32,000 nucleotides of DNA from Hathewaya proteolytica DSM 3090 (GTDB taxonomy: Bacteria; Bacillota; Clostridia; Clostridiales; Clostridiaceae), in the NCBI RefSeq assembly GCF_900142225.1, contig NZ_FRAD01000023.1, forward strand, positions 1-32,000, in the 5' to 3' direction. The position numbers and the translations under genes were made by a program. Under the pieces are notes generated by a model. The model searched no databases. It saw only the letters and a program-made list of their open reading frames with translations, and was not told the DNA's origin. Shown here piece by piece: positions 20,868 to 30,387 of this stretch; the first letter of the stretch is position 1; each line of letters opens with the position of its first letter.

Positions 20868-22817
20868 TTAATTTTTTAATTCTTTATTTCTATTTATTTC
20901 TTCTACTAATTCATTTAAATATTCCCAGCGATTCATTTTTTCTTCTAAGAGTTTTTCCGCATTACTTTTTTTCTCTAGTAGCTCTTGAAGTTTTGCATAA
21001 TTTGTAGAATTCTTATTTATCTCATCCTCAAGGGAACAAATGCTATCTTCTATATCTGAAATAACATGCTCTATTTCATCGAATTCACGTTGATCCTTAT
21101 AAGATAATTTTTTTAGAGGTTTTTCTGCGAGAACTTTTTTAGAACATTGAATATCCTTAGAGTTAGGACTAGATTTAGAGGAAGAAGGCTGTGGCATTGT
21201 ACCTTCTTTTTCTTTGCAAATCAATAATTTGTAGTCTAAATAGTCCGAGTAGTTGCCAGTATGATATAATATTTCACCATGGCCCTCAAAGGATAAAATT
21301 TTATTTGTTATTTTATCTAAAAAGTATCTATCGTGTGACACAACCATCACTGGTCCTGTGAAGTTTTCTATATAGTCCTCCAGAACTTCTAAGGTTGAAA
21401 TATCTAAGTCGTTAGTTGGTTCATCCAGTAAAAGTACATTTGGTGATTCCATAAGGACTTTTAAAAGATATAATCTTCTTTTTTCACCACCAGACAGTTT
21501 ATATATAGGAGTCCACTGTTCCGATTCATTGAACAGAAATCTCTCTAGCATTTGAGAGGCTGATATTTTATCTCCCTCTGATGTTGAAATGAATTCTGCA
21601 GTTTCCTTTATGTATTCAATTACCCTTAAGTTTTCATCCATATTGAAATTACTTTGGCAGAAGTAACCTAATTTTACGGTGTCTCCTATATCTACACATC
21701 CAGAGTCTTCTTTAAGCTTACCTGCAATTATATTTAAAAGAGTAGATTTTCCCATGCCATTAGCACCAATAATTCCTATCCTATCATCCTTGCACATCAC
21801 ATAAGAAAAATTACTTATGATATGTTTGCCGTTAAAGGTTTTTGAAAGATCGGTGATATTCATTATTTTGTTGCCTAGTCTGCTATGGGCTGTAGAAATT
21901 TCCATGGTACTAGAAATATTTGAAACTTCAACGGAGTTCAGCTCATTAAATCTGTCAATTCTAGCCTTTTGTTTTGTAGTTCTGGCTTTGGCTCCACGCT
22001 TAATCCATGCTAACTCTCGTCTTAGCAGATTTTGTCTTTTATCCTCATTGGATTTTTCCATAGCTTCTCTTTCTATTCTTTTTTCAAGGAAAACACTAAA
22101 GTTTCCATGGTAGGAATAGAGGTTTCCACCACTGAGTTCAATGGTTTTATTGGATACCCTATCTAAAAAGTATCTATCATGAGTTATCATCAACAAGGCG
22201 CCATTTCTATTTTGAAGGTAATTTTCTAGCCAAGCAATGGTGTCGTTGTCCATATGGTTTGTAGGTTCATCTAATATAAGTAGAGTGCATGGCTTAATAA
22301 GGGCAGCAGCTAAGGCAATCCTCTTTTTTTGACCACCTGACATTTGGCCTATTTTTTTTGAAAAATCCTTTATACCTAGTCTAGTTAAGACAGTCTTTGC
22401 AGAGCTCTCCATATCCCAAGCATTTAGGGCATCAATTTCGGCAGAGATTTCCATTAGCCTATTAGAAAGGTTAGGATCCTCAGGATTTCTTTCTATGTCA
22501 AGTAAAGTACTTTCATATTCTTTTAAAGCTTTAAGTTCCTTAGAGGAACCTTGGAATATCTCATCCATGGCAGTATTTTCTTCATTGAACACGGGAACTT
22601 GGGGTAAATACTCTATAGTAAGCTCTCTACTTTTTATAATAGTCCCACCATCAGCTTCCTCTTCTCCAGTTAGGATTTTGAGAAGGGTGGATTTACCACA
22701 GCCATTTACACCAATTATACCAATTTTGTCTCCATGGTTTATTCCAAAAGAGATATTATTAAAAAGAACTTTTTCTGTAAAACTCTTACATAAGTTCTCC
22801 ACGGAAATTAAATTCAT
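20868..22817 (-). CDS. ABC-F family ATPase (two tandem ABC domains, no TM domain, C-terminal coiled coil; Uup/YfmR-like)
   Basis: Two Walker A motifs (GVNGCGKST and GANGMGKST), two ABC signatures (MSGGQKKRIALA and LSGGEKRRLYLL), two Walker B motifs (LLILDEPTNHMD and VLLLDEPTNDLD) and a charged C-terminal helix. Start set to the ATG at 22817, 8 nt after GAGGA. Confidence 0.9.
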   Translation of the reverse strand: MNLISVENLCKSFTEKVLFNNISFGINHGDKIGIIGVNGCGKSTLLKILTGEEEADGGTIIKSRELTIEYLPQVPVFNEENTAMDEIFQGSSKELKALKEYESTLLDIERNPEDPNLSNRLMEISAEIDALNAWDMESSAKTVLTRLGIKDFSKKIGQMSGGQKKRIALAAALIKPCTLLILDEPTNHMDNDTIAWLENYLQNRNGALLMITHDRYFLDRVSNKTIELSGGNLYSYHGNFSVFLEKRIEREAMEKSNEDKRQNLLRRELAWIKRGAKARTTKQKARIDRFNELNSVEVSNISSTMEISTAHSRLGNKIMNITDLSKTFNGKHIISNFSYVMCKDDRIGIIGANGMGKSTLLNIIAGKLKEDSGCVDIGDTVKLGYFCQSNFNMDENLRVIEYIKETAEFISTSEGDKISASQMLERFLFNESEQWTPIYKLSGGEKRRLYLLKVLMESPNVLLLDEPTNDLDISTLEVLEDYIENFTGPVMVVSHDRYFLDKITNKILSFEGHGEILYHTGNYSDYLDYKLLICKEKEGTMPQPSSSKSSPNSKDIQCSKKVLAEKPLKKLSYKDQREFDEIEHVISDIEDSICSLEDEINKNSTNYAKLQELLEKKSNAEKLLEEKMNRWEYLNELVEEINRNKELKN

Positions 22818-22965
22818 CTTTATCATCCTCGTATAGTAAATTTAACATATGATTTATTTTAACATAGCATCCTTAGGGTAACAATGTCAATATAACCCTT
22901 AATCAATAACATTTACTTAATGTATAACATATAATATTGTAAATTAATAAATGGGAGTATGCGAA

Positions 22966-23163
22966 ATGAAGTTGGCTTTGAATTTTAAAAACGGAAAGAA
23001 AAGAATATTTACCACTGAGGAGAGCGACCAAATAGTTAAAGGTTTGAATTATATGAAGGTAATACAGTTCTTCATGGGAAATAAAGAAATAAAGGGTACC
23101 CTGAATGTATTAGGCAAACAGATACCCGTAAGTGATATTCACTCCATTGAGTTTATATTGTAA
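22966..23163 (+). CDS. Small hypothetical protein (65 aa)
   Basis: The ATG at 22966 lies 8 nt after GGGAG (22953-22957). No recognisable motif. The 3' end overlaps the convergent rimI 3' end by 25 nt. Confidence 0.35.
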   Translation: MKLALNFKNGKKRIFTTEESDQIVKGLNYMKVIQFFMGNKEIKGTLNVLGKQIPVSDIHSIEFIL

Positions 23164-23594
23164 TTCCACATAATAACAGCATTTTCTATGGGATTAGAGT
23201 AGAAATTTTTTCTCAACCCACAACTTACAAAACCGGATTTTTCATAAAGTGAAATGGCGGCTGTGTTGGACTCTCGAACCTCAAGAGTCATAGCATCAGC
23301 CCCTTCACCTTTACATATACTTACAAGAGAATTTAATATCTTTGTGCCTACACCACATCTTCTAGCTTCCTTAGCTACAGCTATATTTGTTACATTTCCT
23401 TCGCCATATATAATCCACATACCGCCAAAGCCCAAAACAGTTCCGCTTTGGTCTTTGCATACCACGTATTTAGCCTTATTGTTGTGAAGTTCAGATTTCA
23501 AACTCTCCATACTCCACGGATTTTTCAAACTTTGCAAATTTATATTATAGACATCATTGATATCTTTATCCGTCATATATTCAATATTGTGCAT
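23139..23594 (-). CDS. rimI: Ribosomal-protein-alanine N-acetyltransferase (GNAT)
   Basis: GNAT acetyl-CoA motif VAKEARRCGVGTKIL. Length is 151 aa. The start overlaps the tsaB stop (TAATG) in the conserved tsaE-tsaB-rimI order. Confidence 0.85.
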   Translation of the reverse strand: MHNIEYMTDKDINDVYNINLQSLKNPWSMESLKSELHNNKAKYVVCKDQSGTVLGFGGMWIIYGEGNVTNIAVAKEARRCGVGTKILNSLVSICKGEGADAMTLEVRESNTAAISLYEKSGFVSCGLRKNFYSNPIENAVIMWNYNINSME

Positions 23595-24313
23595 TAATCC
23601 TCAATTCCTTTATGGTATTTTTCTTCGTACTCACGCTCAGCTTGAGGCTTTCTAAGATATATTGGGTGGAGAGTAAGGGGGTTATCACATTTTCCATCCT
23701 TTAAAAGCATAAAACCAAGTTCTCCTATGGAAGAAGCTCTTACCATATTTAGATGAGTAGGTGCGAAGTTAACTGACTTTGCGTCAAAGCTTTCCATTAT
23801 AAGAGATTTATATTTATAAACCCCATCTCCAAGAAAAGTCGTATGTTGGTGAAATTCATTGAGCATGGTCATCAAGTCTTTAATATTTATAATCATGGGG
23901 TCTACTAAAGTAATCATCTTATCATCATGGAATCTATATACACCCGTATAAACATTTTCTCGCAGAGCATCCATAATAGGACATATAATTCCAGGGGTAT
24001 ATGCAAGGCTAAATGCTATGGCATCTAAAGTTGATATACCTATAATAGGCTTATTACCCCCCGCGGATAAGCCTTTAAAAGTAGCCATGCCTATTCTAAG
24101 TCCAGTAAATGAACCGGGGCCTTTAGATATTGCAAAACCATCAATATCATCGATGGAGGTATCGGTATTTTTTAAAAGTTCATCTATCATAGGCATAATA
24201 AGTATGGAGTGCTGCTTTTTATAGTTGAAGCTGATTTCGCCAAGAAGTTTGTCATCTTCTAGTAAAGCACAAGTGGCACACTCTGTGGCGGAATCGAAAC
24301 TTAAAATTTTCAT
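23594..24313 (-). CDS. tsaB: tRNA threonylcarbamoyladenosine (t6A) biosynthesis protein TsaB (YeaZ)
   Basis: N-terminus MKILSFDSATECATCAL, plus GPGSFTGLRIG (ASKHA fold, YeaZ family). Its position between tsaE and rimI fits. Confidence 0.9.
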   Translation of the reverse strand: MKILSFDSATECATCALLEDDKLLGEISFNYKKQHSILIMPMIDELLKNTDTSIDDIDGFAISKGPGSFTGLRIGMATFKGLSAGGNKPIIGISTLDAIAFSLAYTPGIICPIMDALRENVYTGVYRFHDDKMITLVDPMIINIKDLMTMLNEFHQHTTFLGDGVYKYKSLIMESFDAKSVNFAPTHLNMVRASSIGELGFMLLKDGKCDNPLTLHPIYLRKPQAEREYEEKYHKGIED

Positions 24314-24318
24314 TGCGC

Positions 24319-24801
24319 TTAAATCTCCTTTATATAATTGTATTTTTCGTTCATATATTGAATTTCGATGAGTCTATTATTTATTTGAGATTCATCTTCA
24401 TATAGAGTTTTTTCAAAATCCTTTGTTATTTTTATGTATAATGCATCCTGCTTTGGGATGAGCTCTTCAATGTAATTTGCCCACTCTATTATGGATACGC
24501 CATTACCGAATATATACTCGTCGAAACCTATGGCTTCAATTTCACTGGCATCGCTGACACGGTATACGTCAAAGTGGTACAGTCTTAATCTGCCTTGGTA
24601 TTCATTAACTATAGTAAAAGTTGGGCTTGTAATGTGATCATCTATATTAAGACCTTTTGCAATACCTTTTGTGAGATGGGTTTTGCCAGTACCTAGATCT
24701 CCAATAAGGCATATTATATCTCCGCTTTGGCACAGTGTACCGATTTTTTCGCCAAGGGCCATGGTCTCTTCTGTAGAACTTACTTCATATGTAAATTTCA
24801 T
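24319..24801 (-). CDS. tsaE: tRNA t6A biosynthesis ATPase TsaE (YjeE)
   Basis: Walker A GDLGTGKTHLTKG, plus SPTFTIVNEY and YHFDVYR motifs. Start set to the ATG at 24801, 6 nt after GAGGTG. The GTG start in the ORF track lies inside that RBS. Confidence 0.9.
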   Translation of the reverse strand: MKFTYEVSSTEETMALGEKIGTLCQSGDIICLIGDLGTGKTHLTKGIAKGLNIDDHITSPTFTIVNEYQGRLRLYHFDVYRVSDASEIEAIGFDEYIFGNGVSIIEWANYIEELIPKQDALYIKITKDFEKTLYEDESQINNRLIEIQYMNEKYNYIKEI

Positions 24802-25004
24802 AATATACACCTCGCTTCTATAATATTTTATCTTATGTGAGGCGAAAAGTTAAGTACAATATAACAATAGTGAACTTAAAACTAAAAAAATATGGATATA
24901 TATTTCTAAAATTAAAAAATAGTTAAATAGTTCTATATGAATATCGATATAAATAAGGTATAATATAAATATAATATTATTGGGTAGTAGAAGGAGGATT
25001 GCAA

Positions 25005-25628
25005 ATGTTTGTTAATAATTTAATGTTAAGTAGAGAAAAGTTAATAACTGTTACACCAAAGGACACAGTAAAAAAGGCGCTAGATTTGATACAGAAACAT
25101 AACTTTTTATCCATTCCCGTAGCTGAGGGAGGAAAATTTTATGGTGCTATATCAAAGGAGAGAATATATACATTTTATTTTGAAAAGGATCTAGATAAAC
25201 AGAGCCTTCTAAGTGAATTTTCTGTAGAGGATGTAATGAGGGAAGATGTTCCTAAAATTGATCCAATGAATCAAGTGGAGGAAGCTGCCAATTTCTTAGC
25301 TACTGAAAATACTCCTTTTGTAGCAGTGATAAGCACTATTAACAATGAATTCCAAGGTATAATCACACATAACGCTGTATTTAAACAGTTCACTGAAATG
25401 TTTGGATTATACAGAGGAAAGAGAATATCTGTAATTGCTCACGATGTACCAAACCAAATTGCAAAACTATCTAAGATTGTAGCAGACAGTGAAGCAGATG
25501 TAATAAGCTTTGTGGTGGTTGATCCTAAGAGCGTAACAGATGTAAAAGAAATAGTGGCTAGAGTTAGAACTGATAATTTTGAACAGATAATTGAGAAATT
25601 AAAGAATGAAGGATTTAGAGTAAATTAA
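25005..25628 (+). CDS. CBS-pair plus C-terminal ACT-like domain protein (AcuB-like)
   Basis: Two CBS repeats (TVTPKDTVKKALDLIQKHNFLSIPV and VEEAANFLATENTPFVAVIS) and a C-terminal ISVIAHDVPNQIAKLSKIV ACT-like segment. The ATG at 25005 lies 7 nt after AAGGAGG. Confidence 0.75.
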   Translation: MFVNNLMLSREKLITVTPKDTVKKALDLIQKHNFLSIPVAEGGKFYGAISKERIYTFYFEKDLDKQSLLSEFSVEDVMREDVPKIDPMNQVEEAANFLATENTPFVAVISTINNEFQGIITHNAVFKQFTEMFGLYRGKRISVIAHDVPNQIAKLSKIVADSEADVISFVVVDPKSVTDVKEIVARVRTDNFEQIIEKLKNEGFRVN

Positions 25629-25669
25629 AAATATATTCTTTATATAAAAATCCATAGTATTACAAGATA

Positions 25670-25708
25670 AAAATACCCTAAGATGAGATTTAACCTTAGG
25701 GTATTTTT
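25670..25708 (+). terminator. Rho-independent terminator after the CBS/ACT gene
   Basis: 12-bp perfect stem aaataccctaag / cttagggtattt running into a T-run. Confidence 0.85.
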
Positions 25709-25737
25709 GGGGAAAAAATAAATGCAATAAAAAATAC

Positions 25738-25766
25738 TTGCCAAGGGAAAAATCATATGCTATAAT
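25738..25766 (+). promoter_or_regulatory. Sigma-A promoter of tRNA-Trp
   Basis: TTGCCA (25738-25743), 17-nt spacer, TATAAT (25761-25766), 13 nt before the tRNA 5' end. Confidence 0.65.
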
Positions 25767-25779
25767 AATTCATGTACTT

Positions 25780-25855
25780 AGGGGTATAGCTCAATCGGTA
25801 GAGTAGCGGTCTCCAAAACCGTTGGTTCCGGGTTCAAGTCCTCGTGCCCCTGCCA
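25780..25855 (+). tRNA. trnW: tRNA-Trp (anticodon CCA), with encoded 3' CCA
   Basis: 7-bp acceptor stem AGGGGTA/TGCCCCT, discriminator G, then CCA. Anticodon stem GCGGT/ACCGT with loop CTCCAAA. T-arm GGGTTCAAGTCC. 76 nt with a short variable loop. Closely resembles the Bacillus tRNA-Trp as I remember it. Confidence 0.93.
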
Positions 25856-25887
25856 GGTAATATTTAAAAAATTGATACAGCATTTAA

Positions 25888-25922
25888 ATGACTAAGCCTA
25901 TATTATAGCTTGGTCATTTTTT
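25888..25922 (+). terminator. Rho-independent terminator after tRNA-Trp
   Basis: Stem atgactaagc / gcttggtcat (one G-T pair) followed by T6. Confidence 0.8.
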
Positions 25923-25953
25923 ATGTTATAATTGTATCCAGAGGTGAAACAGA

Positions 25954-27204
25954 ATGAACAATTACGATTTGGTGATAATAGGAGCAGGTGCTTCAGGCCT
26001 ATCAGCAGCCATACAGGCTAAAAAAAAGGGCATAGATAATATTCTTATTTTAGAAAAAGAAGAGTCCCTGGGTGGAGTTTTGAATCACTGTATACATAGT
26101 GGATTTGGAAAGTACATTTTAAAAGAAGAGATGACGGGGCCGGAATACGCTAATATACTGGTTACGGAAGTTGAGAATTTAAACATAGAATATAAATTAA
26201 GCACAGTGGTTCTTAGGATTTCTGAGGAAAAACAGGTTACATATGTGAATAGTAAAGAAGGCGTGGTTACAATTAACTCAAAGGCCATTATAGTTGCCAC
26301 TGGTGCTATAGAAAAAACTAGAGGTGTAGAGAACATATCTGGTAACAGTTTTGCGGGTGTATTTACAGCTGGAATGGTTCAAAAACTTGTAAATGTAGAG
26401 GGTATTTTGCCAGGAAAATCTGTAGTCATCCTGGGTTCTGGTGATATGGCACTAGTAGTTGCCAAAACGCTTATTCTAGAAGGCGCTAAGGTGGAAGCCT
26501 TCATCGAGAAATTGCCTTACTGTAGAGGACTTGAAGAAAACTATATTGATTGTATAAAGTATTTTGATATACCTTTGAAACTTCAGCACACTATCACTAA
26601 TATTTCTGGAAAGGAGAGGGTGAATGGAGTAACTATAGCTCAAGTTAACGATGAAGGGAAAATCATTAAAAATACAGAGCAATTTATGAAATGTGATACT
26701 GTAATTGTAGCTGTAGGAATTGTGCAAGATTATGAGTTATTGAAGGATTTAAACGCAGAATTTGACCCCAATCTTGGAAGTGTAGTGGTGGATGAATGTA
26801 TGCAGACTAGTTTAGAGGGCATATTTATATGCGGAAATGCGGTGAATATAAATGACTTTGTGGACGACGTAACTGTGGAAGGTGCCATGGTAGGATGTAA
26901 AGCAGCTGCATACATCAATGGTGACTTTCACAAAGGGGAACACAAAAAAGTCATCGTGGATGCTGGCATAGAATTTGTAATTCCACAGAAAATAAACACA
27001 AAAAATCTTCTAAATGGTGTGCAATTTAAGTTCCGCACTACTAAGATATACAGAAATGTTATAATTAAAATATGTAGCGGTGAGACGGAATTAGCTTTTT
27101 ATCGAGAGAACATTCTCCCAAGCCGTATGGAGATTTTATATCTTCCAAAGGAAATTCTCGAAGAAACTGGAGATGAAATCAATATTTCCATTAATGAATT
27201 GTAG
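25954..27204 (+). CDS. FAD-dependent pyridine nucleotide-disulfide-type oxidoreductase
   Basis: N-terminal FAD dinucleotide fold DLVIIGAGASGLSAA...LEKEESLGG, a second Rossmann motif VVILGSGDMALVVA, and C-terminal FICGNA. Confidence 0.8.
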   Translation: MNNYDLVIIGAGASGLSAAIQAKKKGIDNILILEKEESLGGVLNHCIHSGFGKYILKEEMTGPEYANILVTEVENLNIEYKLSTVVLRISEEKQVTYVNSKEGVVTINSKAIIVATGAIEKTRGVENISGNSFAGVFTAGMVQKLVNVEGILPGKSVVILGSGDMALVVAKTLILEGAKVEAFIEKLPYCRGLEENYIDCIKYFDIPLKLQHTITNISGKERVNGVTIAQVNDEGKIIKNTEQFMKCDTVIVAVGIVQDYELLKDLNAEFDPNLGSVVVDECMQTSLEGIFICGNAVNINDFVDDVTVEGAMVGCKAAAYINGDFHKGEHKKVIVDAGIEFVIPQKINTKNLLNGVQFKFRTTKIYRNVIIKICSGETELAFYRENILPSRMEILYLPKEILEETGDEINISINEL

Positions 27205-27210
27205 GAGACT

Positions 27211-28215
27211 ATGATGGTATATAAGGATTTAATAAAGGAATTTTGTAAGAGCCATGGACTTGATATTGTAAGATTTTTGCCTTGCCAAAGCTGCAATGAC
27301 GTTGAAAATTATTTTCAGTATAGAAAAGAGAATGGGCTTATTAATGAGTTTGAGGAGAAGGATATAATAGTTCGCTCCAATGCAAATTATAGTATGGAAA
27401 ATGCGAAAACCATCATATCAATAGCCTTCCCATATAGATATAAAATAGATAAAAGCAGTAATAAGTTTTGTGTTTCTAAATATACTTTAGGTGAGGACTA
27501 TCACAAAGTAGTAAAGAAATATCTGACTTGTATATCAGATTTTATAAAAGTAAAGCTAGGTGGAGATGCAAAGGTTTTTGTGGACAGCAATAGTCTCCCA
27601 GAGAGATATATTGCTATGAAATGTGGTGTGGGATTCATAGGAAAAAATAATTGCATTATAACTGAGAAGTATGGATCTTATGTTTTTTTGGGCGAGATTC
27701 TTACAGATTTAGACATAGAGGGAGATAAGCCAATTGAAAACCTCTGTGGAGCTTGTAGAAACTGTATAGAAGCGTGTCCTACAAAAGCCATAAATGGCTC
27801 AGAAAACAACAAAGACAACAATTCTAACATATGCATATCCTATACTTCACAAAAAAAAGATTTAGAGTCTTTTTGGTTTCCATATTTAAAGAACAGCTTA
27901 TGGGGATGCGATATATGTCAAGATGTATGCCCTTTTAATGAAAAAGCACATTACAGCAATATAGTGGAGTTTTCTCCTAAACCCTATATGTTAGATTTGA
28001 ATATAGAAAATATAATTTCCATGAACAATGAAGAATTTAATAGGAATTATAGGAATCTTGCCTGTGGATGGAGGGGAAAAAATCTTATAATACGAAACGC
28101 CATCATATGCGAAAAAAATGTATACGGTGTAGTAAAAAATAGGAACAATATAGCTTCACCTTATGTAAAATCATATTATGATAGACTTTTGAAGGGAAAA
28201 AAATTTATAATATAA
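27211..28215 (+). CDS. queG: tRNA epoxyqueuosine(34) reductase
   Basis: Two ferredoxin-type clusters, CGACRNCIEACPTKAI and WGCDICQDVCPFN, in a QueG-like arrangement after an N-terminal DUF1730-like region (FVDSNSLPERYIAMKCGVGFIGKN). The start could equally be the ATG at 27214. Confidence 0.85.
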   Translation: MMVYKDLIKEFCKSHGLDIVRFLPCQSCNDVENYFQYRKENGLINEFEEKDIIVRSNANYSMENAKTIISIAFPYRYKIDKSSNKFCVSKYTLGEDYHKVVKKYLTCISDFIKVKLGGDAKVFVDSNSLPERYIAMKCGVGFIGKNNCIITEKYGSYVFLGEILTDLDIEGDKPIENLCGACRNCIEACPTKAINGSENNKDNNSNICISYTSQKKDLESFWFPYLKNSLWGCDICQDVCPFNEKAHYSNIVEFSPKPYMLDLNIENIISMNNEEFNRNYRNLACGWRGKNLIIRNAIICEKNVYGVVKNRNNIASPYVKSYYDRLLKGKKFII

Positions 28216-28266
28216 TGTAGTTGTACACAAATACACAACATATCATGAGATATTTGGAGGGATAGT

Positions 28267-28974
28267 ATGATTTCTACCAGAACTGCCAGACTAATATCAA
28301 TTTTACCAGAGAAATTGGTAAGACGCATAGCAGATAAAGTTTTGGATGGTTATATGAAAAGAAATGCTAATATAATAATTGAGGGATTAGATAATGTAAA
28401 AAATGCTAAAAAACCTGTGATTTATGTTTGCAATCACTTGAGCAATGCGGATGCCCTTGTTTTAAAAAGAGTACTGCAAAAATATGATAGCCCTACATTT
28501 GTTGCTGGTGTTAAGTTATCACAGAATGTAATTACCAATTTAGCACTAGGCACATGTAAGACTACAAATATAAAGCCTAACTCTCCAGACAAGGATGGGC
28601 TTAAGCGTATAATTGAATTGGTTAAAGGCGGCGAAAGTATAGTAATATTCCCAGAGGGCACAAGAAGCCGAGAAAAGAAACTAATTGAAGCAAAAAAAGG
28701 TGTGCTTTTAATAGCCAAAATGGCAAAAGCGCAGATCATCCCCATTGGCATGGTGGGTACAGAAATTTTGTATCCAATAAATGAATCAGGTGATATGAGC
28801 GCTGAGGAGTTTCATAAGGCCGATGTACATGTTAAAATTGGAAAACCATTTGAGTTGCCTAAAAAGGCAGAAGATGAGGATAGAAAAAGTTATGAAGAAA
28901 GAGCTATACGCCATATAATGTATAATATAGCTGAACTGCTTCCAGAAAAATATAGAGGTATTTATTCTAAATAG
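28267..28974 (+). CDS. 1-acyl-sn-glycerol-3-phosphate acyltransferase family protein
   Basis: Acyltransferase motif I NHLSNAD (HX4D) and motif III FPEGTRS. RBS GGAGGG at 28256-28261. Confidence 0.8.
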   Translation: MISTRTARLISILPEKLVRRIADKVLDGYMKRNANIIIEGLDNVKNAKKPVIYVCNHLSNADALVLKRVLQKYDSPTFVAGVKLSQNVITNLALGTCKTTNIKPNSPDKDGLKRIIELVKGGESIVIFPEGTRSREKKLIEAKKGVLLIAKMAKAQIIPIGMVGTEILYPINESGDMSAEEFHKADVHVKIGKPFELPKKAEDEDRKSYEERAIRHIMYNIAELLPEKYRGIYSK

Positions 28975-28976
28975 AT

Positions 28977-29024
28977 AAAATTCACCTACAAATGAATTAT
29001 TTTATTCATTTATAGGTGAATTTT
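28977..29024 (+). terminator. Rho-independent terminator after the acyltransferase gene
   Basis: About 20-bp stem aaaattcacctacaaatgaat / attcatttataggtgaatttt (one mismatch) ending in a T-run. Confidence 0.85.
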
Positions 29025-29156
29025 ATTGTATAATATGAATTAATTCATACAACTATTTTGGAATAATGGGCAATAAAGTAGTAAGTTAACATTGAAAATA
29101 TTCCTGCACAGTAGTATATTTAATATGTGGGTTAAAAACTTTTGGAGGTGCATTTC

Positions 29157-30350
29157 ATGTCAAGTAAGATTTTAGAAAAATTTTTAAAGGACAATTTGGA
29201 TGATTTAAAGCAAAAAGGACTATACAATGAAATAAATGTTTTACAGAGTGCCAATGGTCCTGTTATAAAAATTGATGGTAAGGAACTTGTAAACCTTTCA
29301 TCAAACAATTATCTAGGATTAGCTACTAACCCTGAGATGATTGAGGCAAATGTTTCAGCAACAAAGAAATATGGTGTAGGTGCCGGCGCTGTTAGAACTA
29401 TAAACGGAACTCTAGATATTCATATTGAATTAGAGAAAAAACTAGCAGAGTTTAAACATACTGAAGCGGCTATAGCTTTCCAATCAGGTTTTAACTGCAA
29501 TATGGCTGCTATTCAGGCAGTTATGGACAAAAATGATGCTATATTATCAGATGAATTAAATCATGCATCAATCATTGATGGATGTAAATTATCAAAGGCT
29601 AAGATTATAAGATTTAACCATTCCGATATGGAAGATCTAAGAGCAAAAGCTAAGGAAGCAAAAGAAAGTGGATTATACAACAAGCTTATGGTTATCAGTG
29701 ATGGTGTATTTTCTATGGATGGAGATATCGCAAACGTGCCAGGTATAGTTAAAGTTGCTGAGGAATTTGATTTAATTACTTACATCGATGACGCTCACGG
29801 TTCAGGTGTATTAGGCGATGGAGCAGGTACAGTTAAACATTTTGGATTATCTGACAAAATTGATTTCCAAATAGGTACATTATCAAAGGCTATTGGTGTT
29901 GTTGGCGGCTATGTTGCAGGTAAAAAGGATTTAATTGATTGGTTAAAAGTAAGAGGCAGACCATTCTTGTTCTCAACTTCACTTACTCCAGGTGCTACAG
30001 CTTCATGTATAAAGGCTATAGAAATATTAACTAAGAGCACAGAGCTTAACAAGAAATTATGGGAAAATGGAAACTACCTAAAGAAGGGTCTAAAGGATTT
30101 AGGCTTTAATATCGGAAACAGCCAGACTCCAATAACTCCATGTATTATAGGTGATGAGGCTAAAACTCAACTTTTCAGTAAGAGATTATATGAAGAGGGT
30201 GTATATGCAAAATCTATAGTATTCCCAACAGTGCCAAAGGGAACAGGAAGAGTAAGAAATATGCCAACAGCAGCTCATACTAAAGAGATGTTAGACAATG
30301 CACTTCAGGTATATGCAAAAGTAGGAAGAGAATTGGAAATAATAAAATAA
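29157..30350 (+). CDS. kbl: Glycine C-acetyltransferase (2-amino-3-ketobutyrate CoA ligase)
   Basis: Alpha-oxoamine synthase family: [27 protein letters not shown], and PLP-lysine GTLSKA. 397 aa, immediately upstream of a threonine dehydrogenase gene. The ATG at 29157 lies 8 nt after GGAGG. Confidence 0.88.
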   Translation: MSSKILEKFLKDNLDDLKQKGLYNEINVLQSANGPVIKIDGKELVNLSSNNYLGLATNPEMIEANVSATKKYGVGAGAVRTINGTLDIHIELEKKLAEFKHTEAAIAFQSGFNCNMAAIQAVMDKNDAILSDELNHASIIDGCKLSKAKIIRFNHSDMEDLRAKAKEAKESGLYNKLMVISDGVFSMDGDIANVPGIVKVAEEFDLITYIDDAHGSGVLGDGAGTVKHFGLSDKIDFQIGTLSKAIGVVGGYVAGKKDLIDWLKVRGRPFLFSTSLTPGATASCIKAIEILTKSTELNKKLWENGNYLKKGLKDLGFNIGNSQTPITPCIIGDEAKTQLFSKRLYEEGVYAKSIVFPTVPKGTGRVRNMPTAAHTKEMLDNALQVYAKVGRELEIIK

Positions 30351-30387
30351 AAATAAATATTAATGATATAATCGGGAGGCGAACTTA

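Noticed and set aside
25780-25855. Possibility that the tRNA gene is tRNA-Sec (selC), given the nearby selenoprotein candidate
   Set aside because: The anticodon loop reads CTCCAAA (anticodon CCA, not TCA). The gene is 76 nt with a short variable loop and a 7-bp acceptor stem, so it is an ordinary tRNA-Trp.
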